A stretch of 64,000 nt of DNA from Phyllobates terribilis. Taxonomy: Eukaryota. Under the pieces are notes generated by a model, which was given only the letters and a program-made list of their open reading frames with translations, was not told the origin of the DNA and did no database searches. Location: NCBI RefSeq assembly GCF_046119375.1, contig NW_027362846.1:6014001-6078000 (forward strand), given 5' to 3'. Numbering within the stretch: position 1 is the first letter of the stretch; each line of letters starts with the position of its first letter. A program made the translations under genes and the position numbers. This document shows, in pieces, positions 45,704-59,035 of this stretch.

Positions 45704-48700
45704 ATGGAGAAGGAGAAGAAGAAGATGGTGGAGAGGATATTCCACCTCACCCTAGAGATCCTCTTCCGGCTTACTGGAGAGGTGAGAGATTCTGATGACG
45801 TCACATTACATCATTCTTATCTATGGGAATAACAGATGGACAGAACTGGAGAGGTGAGGACTCTGGAAATGTCTGGAGGGAGATTTATTAACGTGTCTCT
45901 CCATAACCAGGATTACACAGTAGTGAAGAAGACCTCTAGTGGGCGCTGTCAGGACCCTGTGTCTGAGGGATGGGGAAGACCCCTGAGCCCAATCACGAGG
46001 CCCCCACCTCACCCCCTGATACATGAGGACATCAATGACCAGAAGATCCTAGAACTCACCTACAAGATGATTGAGCTGCTGACTGGAGAGGTGACACTGC
46101 TGGGAATGCTGGGACATTATACAGTAACGCTATGGAGGGATCGGGGGGATGACGGTATCATTGTATGTGTCAGGTTCCTATAAGGTGTCAGGATGTCGCC
46201 GTATATTTCTCCATGGAGGAGTGGGAGTATTTAGAAGGACACAAAGATCTGTACAAGGACGTCATGATGGAGCTTCCCCAGCCCCTCACATCACCAGGTA
46301 ATAGACAGGACTAAATACACACGGCCTATAATTATCTGTATGTAAAGAATGAATTCAGCCCCTGTATGTGTTTCCTCCAGATCTATCCAGTAAGAGGACA
46401 ACACCAGAGAGATGTCCCCGTCCTCTTCTTCCACAGGACTGTAAACAAGAAGACCCCAATGTTCCTCAGGATCATCAGGTAGATGGAGAGAAGGTGTCAT
46501 GAGATCTCCCCTATGATGTGTAGACGGCTGTGAAGATCTTGTGCTCAGTCTTGTTTTATCCTCCAGTATTATATGTTTTCTACTTGTGTAATGAGAACGG
46601 TGGAGATGGCAGGATTAGAGCTGATCATAGATGTGACTTCTCCATCTGTCTGTGACTTTTATCATATTTGTTTCAGGGTGAAGATCTGACCCATATTAAT
46701 ACTACAGAGACATATGTGAGGGGTGATGAGCGGTGTAAAGAGGAGATTCCTACATATGACCACCCAGGTGAGTACTGCCACTAAATGCAGTGAAGTCACA
46801 GATTAAAAAAAATTGTGTTACATGTAATAATCTGTGTCCTGTCCGGATTTGTAATCTTTATATTAATTGTTTATTAACCCCTTACTGACAATGTCAGTAA
46901 TAGTACGTCCCTGTGCCCTGGGCCTTATGGCTAACACCCGGTAATATGTGCCAGGAGCGGTCCCACAGTGGCACATTAATCCCCAAAATGCTGCGATCGA
47001 AGTCGATTGCAGCATTCCGGGAGCAAGGGAAGGTAACCCCTCTTACCTTGTATCCAGGATCCCGCGCTCTCTCTGCTGGGTCTGGTAGTTGCCATGGTGA
47101 CCTGATGTCATCATGACGACATCCGGGTCACCAGGCATCAGCAAGTTAGTTAGATCGTTCTCAGTGCACGTTCTAACTAACTTGTGCCAGTGCAGGACTG
47201 ACAGCCCGCATAGCACAGAGATGCTCCTGCACCTCTATGCTATGCAAGTGATCAGGCTGCAAAAAGTGAAAGTCCCATAGTGGGACAAAGTGTAAAAGTA
47301 ATTAAAAAAGTGCTAGAAAGTGGGTAAAATTAAAATAAAAATTGCAAAAATATTAAAAAAATGAAAAATAATGAAAAAATAAAAATAGTGTACCCATAAA
47401 TAAATATTATTATAAAAAAAAAAAAACATTAAAAGTACACACATTTGGTATCGCCACATCCGGAACGACCAGACCTATAAAACTGTCCAACTAGTTAACC
47501 CCTATAGTGAACACGGTAAAAAAATAAAAAAACGAAGAAAAAAATGATGCTTCATCATCATACCGCCAAACAAAAAATGAAATAAAACGCGATAAAAAAG
47601 ACGAATGTAATTAAAAATAGTACCGCTGAAAACGTCATCTTGTCCTGCAAAAAACAAGCCGCCATACAGCTCCATCAGCCGAAAAATAAAAGTTATAGCC
47701 CTCAAAATAAAGCGATACAAAAAAATATTTTTTTCTATAAAATAGTTTTTATTGTATAAAAGCCCCAAACCATAAAAAACTATATAAATGTGGTACCGCT
47801 GTAAACGTACTGACCCGAAGAATAAATTTTACCACACGCGGAATGGCATAAAAAACAAAAAGCAATTTCTGAATTGTTGGTTTTTGTTTATTCTGCCTCC
47901 CAAAAATCAGAATAGAAAGCGATCAGAAAATGTCATGTGCCCGAAAACGGTACCAAGAAAAGCGTCAACTTGTGCCGCAAAAAAACAAGCCCTTGTATGA
48001 CTCTTCAGCCGAAATATGGAAAAATTATTTTTCTGCCCTTTAGGGTGTGACAGCTGCCAAATATAGAAACCCGATATGAATCTGGTATCGCTGTACTCGC
48101 ACCGACCTGAAGAATAAAGTTGTCTAATCACTTATACCGCACGAGGAACGGTGTAAAAAATAAACTCTAGAGTTAGGCTTGTGCTAGGGTTAAGGTTGTG
48201 CTAGGGTTAGGTTTGTGTTAGGGTTAGGGTTGTGCTAGGGTTAGGATTGTGTTAGGGTTGTGCTAGGGTTAGGTTTGGGTTAGGGTTGTGCTAGCGTTAG
48301 GTTTGTGTTACTGTTAGGGTTGTGCTAGGGTTAGGATTGTGCTAGGGTTAGGGTTAAGGTTGTGTTAGGGTTAAGGTTGTGCTAGGGTTAGGTTTGTGTT
48401 AGGGTTAGGGTTGTGCTAGGGATAGGATTGTGCTAGGGTTAGGTTTGTGTTAGGGTTGTGCTAGGGTTAGGGTTGTGCTAGGGTTAGGTTTGTGTTAGCG
48501 TTAGGGTTGTGTTAGGGTTAGGGTTGTGCTAGGGTTAGGTTTGTGTTACTGTTAGGGTTGTGCTAGGGTTAGAGTTGTGCTAGGGTTAGGGTTGTGTTAG
48601 GGTTAGGATTGTGTTAGGGTTGGGGTTGTGCTAGGGTTAGGGTTGTGCTAGGACTGTGCTAGGCTTAGGGTTGTGCTGGGGTTAGGATTGTGTTAGGGTT

Positions 48701-51700
48701 GGGGTTAGGGTTGTGTTGGGGTTATGATTTTTTTAAAAGTAAAGAAAAAAATGATGACTAGTGTTGAGCACAAGTGCTCGCTACTTGAGCTTGCATCGGG
48801 TGCTCGGGTATGCACCAAGTATAGCGGGTGCTTTAGTGACATGCTCGAGTTTCTGCCCCATATGCTTTGCGGCCAAAAAAACCTTGCGGGGATTGCTTGC
48901 CATGTACGAGCGATCCCCACATGTTTTTTTTGGGTGTCTAACAACCGTGAAACATGCGGGGCGGGGACTCGCACATGTCACTCAAGCACCCGCGATACAT
49001 GGTGCATACCCGAGTACCCGATGCAAACTCAAGTAGCGAGCACTTGCACTCAAGAGTAATGACAACTTATTCAATATGATGACCTAATGTTATCAAATTC
49101 TGTGTCGTACCTCTGGGTTCAAAATGTTCACCATACCCCTTGATAAAATCATTAAGGGGTCTAGTTTTCAAAATGGGGTCACTTGGGGGGTTTCCACTAT
49201 ATAGGCGCATCAGGGGCTCCCCAAACGCTACATGGCGTCCCCTCTTGATTCCAGCCAATTTTGAGTTCAAAAAGTCACACAGTGCTCCTCGCCTTCTGAA
49301 CCCTGCCGTGCGCCCAGCGTATTTTCTCCATATATGGGGTATCTGCGTACTCAGAAGAAATTGCACAACAGTTTTTGGGGTCAATTTTCTCCTCTTACCC
49401 CTGTGAAAATAAAAAAATTGGAGCTAAAAGATAATTTTTGTGGAAAAAGTTAATTTTTTTTTATTTTCACAGCTCTACGTTATAAACTTCTGTGAAGCAC
49501 CTGGGGGTTCAGGGTGCTCACCACACATCTAGAGAAGTTCCTTGAGGGGTCTAGTTTAAAAAATGTGGTCCGTTGTGGACGGTTTCCACTGTTTAGGCAC
49601 ATCAGGGGCTCTCCAAACGCGACATGGCATCTTCTAATTATTTAAGCAAATTTTACATTCAAGAAGTCAAATGGCGCATCTTCCCTTCCGAACCCTGCAG
49701 TGCGCCCAAACAGTGGTTTTCCCCCACATATGTGGTATCGGCGTGCTCAGGAAAAATTGCACAACAATTTTTGCGGTCAATTTTTTTCCAGTCATCCTTG
49801 CGAAAATAAATAAATTTGGGTCTAAATTAACATTTTTGTGAAAAAAAGTTAAATGTTCATTGTTTTCTTCCACATTCCAAAAATTCCTGTGAAGCACCTG
49901 AAGGGTTAATAAACTTTTTGAATGTGGTTTTGAGCACCTTGAGGGGTGCTGTTTTTAGAATGGTGTCACTTTTAGGTATTTTCTGTCATAAAGGCCCCTC
50001 AAAATCACTTCAAATGTGATGTGGTCCCTAAAAAAAAAAAAAAATGGTTTTGTAAATTTTGTTGGAAAAATGAGAAATCGCTGGTCAACTTTTAACCCTT
50101 ATAGCTCCCTAACAAAAAAAAATTTTGATTCCAAAATTGTGCTGATGTAAAGCTGACATGTGGGAAATGTTATTTATTAACTATTTTGTGTAACATATTT
50201 CTCTGATTTAAGGGCATGAAAATTCAAATTTAGAAAATTGCAAAATTTTCTAAATTTTCTGACAAATTTTCAGATTTTTTTTCCACAAATAAACGCAAGT
50301 CATATCGAATAAATGTTGCCACTATCATGAAGTACAATATGTCATGAAAAAACAGTCTTGGAATCAGTGGGATCCGTTGAAGAGTCCCAGAGTTATTACC
50401 TCATAAAGTGACAGTGGTCAGAACTGTAAAAATTTGCCCGTTATTAACGTAGAAACCACCCTCGGGTGTAAAGGGGTTAAAGAATACTGCCACTTAAATG
50501 ACTTTTATGTTACACCGACATGGATACTGTTCTTGTGGCAAGTGCTGCAGGTCAAAAATATCTGGAATGACTTGGTAAACTTAAAGCGCACCTGTCAGCA
50601 GGATTGTGCTCCGTAAACTACATACACTGTCTGGTGGGTGACATTACACTGGTTAATACAATACCTTGGTTGATGAAATCTTGTGGTTCTTGTGTAATCT
50701 TTACTTTCAGTTTGGAGATAATGCTATGCTTTGGGGCAGTCTATGGGGGGTGCTCTATCTGGTGCGCTGCTTACATATTCATCTGTATGCTCTTATGACA
50801 GCTCACTGTGCCTTCACTGACCTGCCTCCTATTTTACCTAGGCCCGAACTACTAGATGTGACGCACCCCCTGGGCCGTGGGGTACACGGTGTCGGGCTGG
50901 TCGTTGCTAGGGGAGATGTCACAGTGGCGGTGACCCGGTCCGTGACCCAGGGCGGTCAATCAAAAGGGGAATATTTATTTACAGGGGATTTATAGTTCTT
51001 AGATACAGTTCGTGACGCCACCTGTGGTATGCGGCTAAAGGGAGCCGCCGCTGCGGAGCAGGTCCTCTGGAGGTGTTGGTAATGCAGCAGAGTTGGTTCA
51101 GCTCTCCACAGGTAGAGCGTAGCTCCAGTGCAGTGTAGATGTTGCTGTTATGGTGTAGTGCAGAGGATGGCGCAGATAATGATCACAGAGACAGTAAGGT
51201 GCAGTCCTTCAGGGTTTACTCACGGTTTCTTAGACTTCCAGTTACCAGTACTAGAGTAACTTCCCACGGCGTTCTGTGCTTACTCAAGGAGGGGTTCAGC
51301 AAACTCCCAGGTCTCTCCGGAGTACGTAACGGGACCCCCTTCTGTGTCTTCCTTCTGGCCGTCTCCCTGCACCTCGCACCCAGTGTCTCAGGCCAGTGGC
51401 TGCGGACCTTGCCGGGCGACGTCTTCTCTGTCCCCTGGGTCCTCTATGGCCACCTTTCTGGTGATTAGATGTGGCTTGTGGCTACAGTACCTGAAATACT
51501 GCAGCCTCTGGTTTCCTAGTTGAGGCTTAAAGAACTCTGCTAATTTAGGGACCTGACCCCTCCACCTGCTGGCAGATTCGGGCGTATGGGTGGCCTCCAG
51601 CACTATCTGTACCCCTGGGGTCCCTTCCACATTCCTGGAGCCTTTCCTGCTCCTCTCTCTCTCTCTCTCTCCAGCCTTGGGCCTCTCTGGCTAGGCCCTC

Positions 51701-54700
51701 CTCCAGAGCAGAGCTCCTACAGAGCTCCTGCTCCTCTCACTGTCCTCCTCTGACTGAGCTGATCTCTTCAAGATGGCTTCTCTCTATATACTATCCCTAA
51801 CAAGTGCTCCCCTGAACTTCTTCCTCCACCCACACCCACTACATGGTTCCCGATCACTTTGGTCCCCCCCCCTCCAGCCAGGGACAGGGCTCAGCAGGAA
51901 GCGATGCATCTTGCCCCTCCTGCCGGTCTGGAGTAGTGTAGTGTTGGATGCAGGTGTTAGGGTCCCGGGCAGTACTCCTTCCTTACCTGAGCGTGAGATG
52001 CAGTACCTCTGTGGCGACTGAACCCGCAGGGGCGCCACAGATGCATTATGTAAAATATAATTGATGAATTATATAAAATGAATTGTATCGATCACCCATG
52101 ACAGCACTACGAGAGAGGGGATTCGTCCTTCAAGGACAGGATACCCACAGACTTAACAGGGCAGCACCTCTCCCACAGATCAGTTGTTTTCCTGTCCTTG
52201 ATGAGTGAATCTTTGTACTGGAAGATCATTTTCCCAGGCCCAGACGGACGGTTCAGGCAGCGGTATTTTCCCTGCCTTGGCCAGTGCAGGGTCCCTAGAA
52301 GCGCCACAGTGGGTCCAGGAGGACTTTAACGGTTGTGTGCGGGTGCAGGTGAGCAGCATCCTGGGCGAGGATAGCGTGGCTCATCGGGTGTTGGCACATG
52401 CCTGGAAGCGAGATACAGGGCAGCAGCATGTGCAGTGCTTCCTTGGAATTCAGGCCAGCTGGCGTTTTCCGGTCTGAAGGTGCGCCTCTCTGATGCGAAG
52501 AAGGCGTGTTCGATGCCAGGATGCGCCTGAACACCATTTTAGCAGCGGCCGGGGCGTGCCCAGATAGTGCAACTGGGGCATGCCTGGATGAAGCGTGAGC
52601 CGCTTGACCGGAAGTGTGAGGGAACCGGGCGTTCCGGAAGGGCCTGGAGAGGTGGGGAATAGCGTTTCTCCGGCATCTAAATAACGGCAGGAGCATCAAT
52701 CGGTGCTTCCTTGCTCATTGTTCCCTCCAGAATAATGGATATCACTGAGCAGCAGCAGCCTGATAAGAAGCCCCAGAAGCAGGCGGAACACCGTCGACCC
52801 CGTAGCAGTAGTTTTGGTGGCAGTGTCTGTGAGAGACAGAGGTCTGCGGGCATTGGCGAATCCAGACAGAGGAGCTCCAGGAAAGTAGACGAGTTTTCGG
52901 CCTCTAGAGATGGTCTTTTGACTGAGGTGGGTTCCCCTCTAAATCTCGTACTATTTGATTGCCTCACACTGGTAAGTGATCTTTGTGAAAGTTCACTCAG
53001 TGATGTAGCCTTTCCCTTTTTTGTCAGTTATTGCCAGGGAAAGAAGTGTACAGCAAAGTCTAAACACAAGGAGTGTGCGCTTTGCAGAAATCTATTGCCT
53101 GACTCCAACCAAAAAAAAACTTTGCCAGTCTTGTATAGAGCAGACAGTAGCGGAGGAGACCACTAACTCTGCCACCGATTTAAGATCAATTATCATGGCG
53201 AAAGTCCCTTAAATCCCTTTCCCAGGAAGAGGTTCATAGAGGTAAGAAGAGCCAAAAGGGCTAGCCAGTGGTCCCGGGGTTACATGTGTCTAGCGTTTCA
53301 AATAATGATGACGAATCCTCCTCAGACTGTAGCGCTGGCATTCTTTGTTTTCCTATAGATGAGATGGACAAACTCGTAAAGGCAGTTTGGACCACAATGG
53401 GGATAGTCGAGTCCAAACTCGAGAAATCAGTTCAGGACATTATGGGACCAAAAAAAGCAGAGGTCATTTCCTGTGAATGAAAAAATCAGCCCCCTAATTT
53501 AGAGGGAATGGAAAAGATCTGAAAAGAGAGGCTCCCTTCCCCTATCAATTAAGAGGAGATATCCCTTGGATGAGCCTTCCTTGTCAAAGGGGGACAAAGC
53601 CCCAAAACTGGATGCGGCCATAGGAAAGGCGGCTTAGATGTACATGGGAGATGTTGACTGGTGCTTTAAAGCCAACAATGGCTGCTACATGTGCAGCCAG
53701 ATCCTTAATCATCTGGTTGGATCATCTGGAAACAGTTAAAAGAAACTATGTCAAGACAATGTCAAGACACAATATCTTGGCCACTGTCCCACTTATGCGA
53801 GGGGCTGCAGCTTTTCTATCTTCGCTTCGGCTGATTCAAGTTTGTTTAGCGGCAAGGTCAGCAGCCATTTCTAACACTTATGGTTAAAATGTTGGCCAGG
53901 GAAACTCCAGGCTAGATTGAGACTGTGTGCCATTTCGTGTGAGGGGGAACACCTGTTTGGCCCAGCTTTGGAAAAGGCTGGCGATGCTAAAAAGGGATAT
54001 CCTAACTTGTCCATCCCAGCCTACAAGCGATCCTTCCAGAAAAGAAGGTTCATTCAAAGGAAGACCTCCACAGATCAAGACAAATGGAAAGATCAAAGAA
54101 GAAAAGGTAGCAGCTTCATGTTCGGAACCTCTTCCCAGGATTCCAAAAAAGTCAGTGATTTCCAGCCCAGGTGGGGGGAGACTTTCGTCCTTCTTCCCAG
54201 CCTGGGAAAAAATATCGGGAAACAGTTGGATTCTCGGCCTGATAAAATCCGGTCTAGAAATGGAGTTCTGCTCAATCCCGCATGGAACATTCGTGGTAAT
54301 ACCCTCTAGGTCTTTGTCAGCAGGGCAACGGACCCCAGAGGCCGAAGTCTCAGCTGGTACAGAAGGCTGTCCTATTAGAAGTTTCAGTGTCAGAAAGAGG
54401 GAAGGGGTTTTAAGCCCCTCTCTTTCTAATCAAGAAACCAGACTGCTCATCAGGATGATAATAAATTTGAAGGGCTTTATTAAATTCCTGAGAATCCTTT
54501 CATTCAAAATGGAATGTGTAAAATCTGCAATAAAGTTACTCTTCCCAGAAGAGGTGATGGCCCGTCTCCGGGAGAAGAATGTATTGATTATCCTGTATTT
54601 GTATAATTTTCTGGTTGTAGGCAATTCGACCCGGCATTGCACTAGTCAGTTACAGGAGGTGATATCCACCTAAGAATGTTTAGGTTGGCTATTGAACCTT

Positions 54701-57700
54701 AAAAAGTCAAAGATAGAGCCCCTAAAAATACAGGACTATTTTGGGCTTCTGCTGGACTCAGAGGTGCAGGAGTATCATTTCCCAAGCAATAGAAAAGAAA
54801 AGATCTGAGGCCAGATGTTAAGGGCCCTGAAATTCCTCATCCTGTCCCTTAGAAGCGCTATGTCCCTTCTAGGTTTCTAACTTCGTGCATTTCAGCAGTC
54901 TTGTGAGCCCAGTTCCATACTAGAGCTGTTAGAACTCTCCTGTTAGGTTTCTTCTATCTTGCTGGTCACATGACCTTTTTTGCCTATTTAATCCTGCTCC
55001 GCCCTCCTGGCCATGCTGGACCTCATTGTAATTTCTACTCTTAAGCTAGCCAGGTGCTTTGTTTCCTTTCTCAGTCTGTTTAGCTAGGTCTTTGGACCTC
55101 TATGTTCTATGTTGTTTGTTTGTCTTTTTACTGCTACAATTTCTGCTAGGAGGTGTCCATCTTTCTCCCAGTCCTAGTTCTTGTAGGGATCCCTCCCTCA
55201 CATCTATAGGTCTTCGTTCAGACTAGCCGAGGACTTTAGCGGGTCTGATCGCAGGATCAGGTTCCCCGTTACATCGTAGGGATCTAGCTTAGTTCTATTG
55301 TAGGGACAGATCTCCTGTCTTTCCTTAGTGCTTGTAGCAGATCATAACAAGAGCCTTGCAGTGGGATGTGTTAAGAAATGACATTTCCTTTAGAGGACAC
55401 CTGGAAGGAAGGTTGACGCTATCCCCAACGTCAATGCAGTCCCTCCTTTGGTGGCTGGATGTCACTAATCTGTCCAGGTGGGCTCCCTGGAAAGTCACAC
55501 CGTTGTTCACCACGGATGTGAATCACAGGTATTGGGGGGCTCATCCAGAAGACGTAGTAAACCAGGGCTTTTGGACAGGGGACGAGAGAGTTTTTTCCTC
55601 AAACTTGAAGGAATTACTTGCAGTTGAGTTGGCAGTAAGAAGACTCCTTGTGTTCCTACAGAGTGACAATGTCTGTCACTGACTCGTGGGTCCTCCCGCA
55701 GATTCCAAATCTCCTCTCTGGGGCCAATTCACCATCCACAAGTAGCCAATCTTCATTTGATGGCGTGGCCTCACCTTTGAAAGAAGGGTTCTCCAGGCTG
55801 TGATCCCTCCCTAAATTCTTAATTTTCTCTATAATTCTGTCATGGTGCTGTCATGGGTGAGTCTTATGAGTTTTTTCGGAACCCATGACAGCATCCTTAT
55901 AATCCCTCCCGTCACGTGTGTGTGAGCACTTCTTTCACTAGTGTTATAAGTTCACAGTTTTAGTTGTGATTTGTGTTTTGGCAACAACCAATGGAGGTCC
56001 TATCGTGCTCTGTAATCCAACTGATGCGGAGGAGAGGTGCCAACCTTTTAAGCCTGTAGGTTTCCTGTCCTTGAAGGGCGGATCCCCTCTCTCATGGTGC
56101 GGTCATAATCCTGTTATCGGTAAGACTTTATAATGAAAAATATGAGAACAAAAATTGAAATGCCGGGTGAAATTTTCTGGTTCCGCACTGTATTATCTCA
56201 ATAATTAATTATATTATTCTGTAAATAAAGTCTAAAAATAAGTGTTAAACAATGCAAGAAAAAAATCCCCAAATGGCCAATGCTGCCAATAAAAAATAGC
56301 TTAATTTGAAAGAAAAAAAACAAACCTGGAATATTTGGTATCACCATTTCCATAACAAGTTGTATGTATAAAACTATTTCAATATTTATGTAGCACGATG
56401 AACAGACTTAAAAAAAAGTTGAGAAACTATGTCTGAATTACAGACATGAATTATTCTACATAATAAAAAAAAATCAAAAAGTGACCAAAACACAAAAAAT
56501 ACACCATTAAAAAACACAGCTCGTTATGCAAAAATAATTCCCCATATAGAAATAATAGATCACGTAGGCAGAGGCCTGTCAATCTAAGACAGCGGGCGGA
56601 GAGAAGCCGCCAGGAACCCGCCTGTCCGACTAGTCTATTAAAGTATGAATTCCTCTAAAACGCCGCAGAGTTTCAGAATGAAACGTACCTGGCTGACATC
56701 ATACAGCCAGTGTCTTCTGTACACCGTCCGCGCATTGGGAGCCACTGGGGACCAACATGGCAGCCACGGGGGACTTTAGCAGACCCACAGCTGCAATAAT
56801 AACTCATGGGGGGGAAGCGATGTGTACCTAACTATTTAAATGCCACTCAGCCACTGCTGCTAAAGGCAGATGCAGCCTGTGTAACAAAATTCCTACTGCG
56901 CCTCGACCGCATGACATAATTTTAGATTATGTCATTGCACATAGATTAATAAATTCAGGCTTGCATCTGGTTTATTGGCAGGGCTTCACCGTTCATTACC
57001 GTACTGCTCCACCGCGCTGCCCTGCCCCATCGCGCTGCCCTGCCCCATCGCGCTGCCCTGCCCCATCGCGCTGCCCTGCTCCACCGCGCTGCTCTGCCCC
57101 ATCGCGCTGCCCTGCCCCATCGCGCTGCCCTGCCCCATCGCGCTGCCCTGCCCCATCGCGCTGCCCTGCCCCATCGCGCTGCCCTGCTCCACCGCGCTGC
57201 CCTGCTCTCTGCTAAAGTGCATTTAACGGTCAACACTGAAATCAGAAAACTGCTGAAAAACTGTGTAGTGTCCTAATATCATTATCTTTCTCTATCGATA
57301 ATTGAGATCTATTTTGACATCACACTTTTAGTTGGTTAATGACTGAATTTTGCTATTTCATATAGAAATCCTAATAAATATAACATTAACAATATAAAGA
57401 TACAGTTACATTATTACAAATATATTTGTTTTATTCTTGGCAGACGTCTTTACCGGGAACTCAGAGAGACATATGATATCCTCAGGTTTGAAAGCAGATG
57501 ATCATGGTATCACACCAGATACATGTGAAGAGCATGCCATTGCTTCAGATACAACCTCAGCCCTTCACAGAAAAGATCTATTTTATGATCAACAGGTCCT
57601 GTCTTCTGATTCGTTACAGAATGCTGAGCAAAGTAAAAATCACAGAAAGGGAGCTAAGAAGCGGAGAGCTCACTCAGGGGTGAAGCCACTATCATGTTCA

Positions 57701-59035
57701 GAATGTTGTAAATGTTTTAATCATAAATCAGATCTTGTTATACATCACAGAATTCACACAGGGGAGAAGCCATATTCATGTTCAGAATGTGGGAAATGTT
57801 TTACAGACAAATCAAATCTTCTTAAACATCAGAGAACCCACACCGGGGAGAAGCCTTTTTCATGTTCAGAATGTGGGAAATGTTTTATTTGGAAAGCGGA
57901 TCTTGATCGACACCAGAGAACCCACACAGGGAAGGGGCCTTTTTCATGTTCAGAATGTGGGAAATGTTTTAATTGGAAAGCGCATCTTTATATCCACCAG
58001 AGAACCCACACAGGGATGAAGCCTTTTTCATGTTCAGAATGTGGGAAATGTTTTATTCGGAAAGAGCACCTTGATAACCACCAGAAAACCCACACAGGGG
58101 AGAAGCCTTTTTCATGTTCAGAATGTGGGAAATGTTTTATTCAGAAAGAGCATCTTGATAACCACCAGAAAATCCACACAGGGGAGAAGCCTTTTTCATG
58201 TTCAGAATGTGGGAAATGTTTTATTCGGAAAGCGGATCTTGATCGACACCAGAAAAGCCACACAGGGGAGAAGCCGTTATCATGTTCAGAATGCTGTAAA
58301 CGTTTTAATTGTAAATCAGATCTTGTTATGCATCAGAGAATTCACACAGGGGAGAAGCCATATTCATGTTCAGAATGTGGGAAATGTTTTATGCGGAAAG
58401 CGCATCTTAGTAACCACCAGAAAACCCACACAAGGGAGAAGCCTTTTTCATGTTCAGAATGTGGGAAATGTTTTATAGACAAATCAAATCTTCTCAAACA
58501 TCAGAGAACCCACACCGGGGAGAAGCCTTTTTCATGTTCAGAATGTGGGAAATGTTTTATTCGGAAAGAGTATCTTGATAGCCACCAGAAAACCCACACA
58601 GGGATGAAGCCTTTTTCATGTTCAGAATGTGGAAAATGTTTTAATTGGAAAGCGCATCTTGATTTCCACCAGAGAACCCACACAGGGATGAAGCCTTTTT
58701 CATGTTCAGAATGTGGGAAATGTTTTATTCGGAAAGCGCATCTTGATTACCACCAGAAAACCCACACAGGGGAGAAGCCTTTTTCATGTTCAGAATGTGG
58801 GAAATGTTTTATTCAGAAACAGCATCTTGATAACCACCAGAAAACCCACACAGGAGAGAAGCCTTTTTCATGTTCAGAATGTGGGAAATGTTTTATTCGG
58901 AAAGCGGATCTTGATCGACACCAGAGAACCCACACAGAGGAGAAGCCTTTTTCATGTTCAGAATGTGGGAAATGTTTTTATCAGAGATCAAATCTTATTG
59001 AGCATGTGAAAACTCACACAGGGGAGAAGCCATAG
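45704..59035 (+). CDS. KRAB-like C2H2 zinc-finger gene B, 16 fingers, ~720 aa; coding exons 45704-45781, 45911-46090, 46174-46297, 46381-46478, 46677-46767, 57444-59035
   Basis: GT-AG introns with the same phases as gene A (total 2163 nt); KRAB-A-like exon; 10.7-kb TE-filled last intron. Confidence 0.88.
48172..48724 (+). repeat. Degenerate telomere-like (TTAGGG / TTGTG(C/T)) array
   Basis: Many TTAGGG hexamers interleaved with TTGTGC/TTGTGT. Confidence 0.92.
48759..49057. mobile_element. ~300-bp MITE with ~55-bp TIRs
   Basis: tagtgttgagcacaagtgctcgctacttgagcttgcatcgggtgctcgggtatgcacc versus its reverse complement at 49001-49057. Confidence 0.85.
50859..52039. mobile_element. Solo LTR (related to 23188-24446) with TSD GATG
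   Basis: TGACGC...GGGGCGCCACA; GATG at 50855-50858 and 52040-52043. Confidence 0.82.
52092..56126 (+). mobile_element. DIRS1-type retrotransposon, internally deleted and degenerate, with ITRs and ICR
   Basis: 52095-52154 is the reverse complement of 56050-56107. ICR at 55841-55897 is complementary to both termini. Gag remnant ([23 protein letters not shown]), RT ([11 protein letters not shown]), RNase H ([14 protein letters not shown]); recombinase essentially absent. Confidence 0.88.
54927..55349. mobile_element. Solo LTR (423 bp) with 5-bp TSD AGAGC inside the DIRS pol
   Basis: TGTTA...TAACA; AGAGC at 54922-54926 and 55350-55354; removing it restores QFHTRA|LQWD. Confidence 0.9.
57004..57205. 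repeat. 18-bp GC-rich minisatellite, ~11 units
   Basis: ccccatcgcgctgccctg repeated. Confidence 0.93.

Larger units (their letters stand above)
46878..50476. mobile_element. Large TTAA-flanked non-autonomous DNA element (piggyBac/Tx1D-like)
   Basis: TTAA|CCCCTT...AAGGGG|TTAA; AT-rich; internal ~390-397-bp repeats starting at 49155, 49545 and 49942. Could be a composite of two elements. Confidence 0.7.

Noticed and set aside
48172-48724. True telomere or chromosome-fusion scar
   Set aside because: Degenerate, single orientation, no head-to-head TTAGGG/CCCTAA junction, and embedded in a DNA element.
56955-57236. (ARWGRA)n and related ORFs
   Set aside because: Translations of the 18-bp minisatellite.
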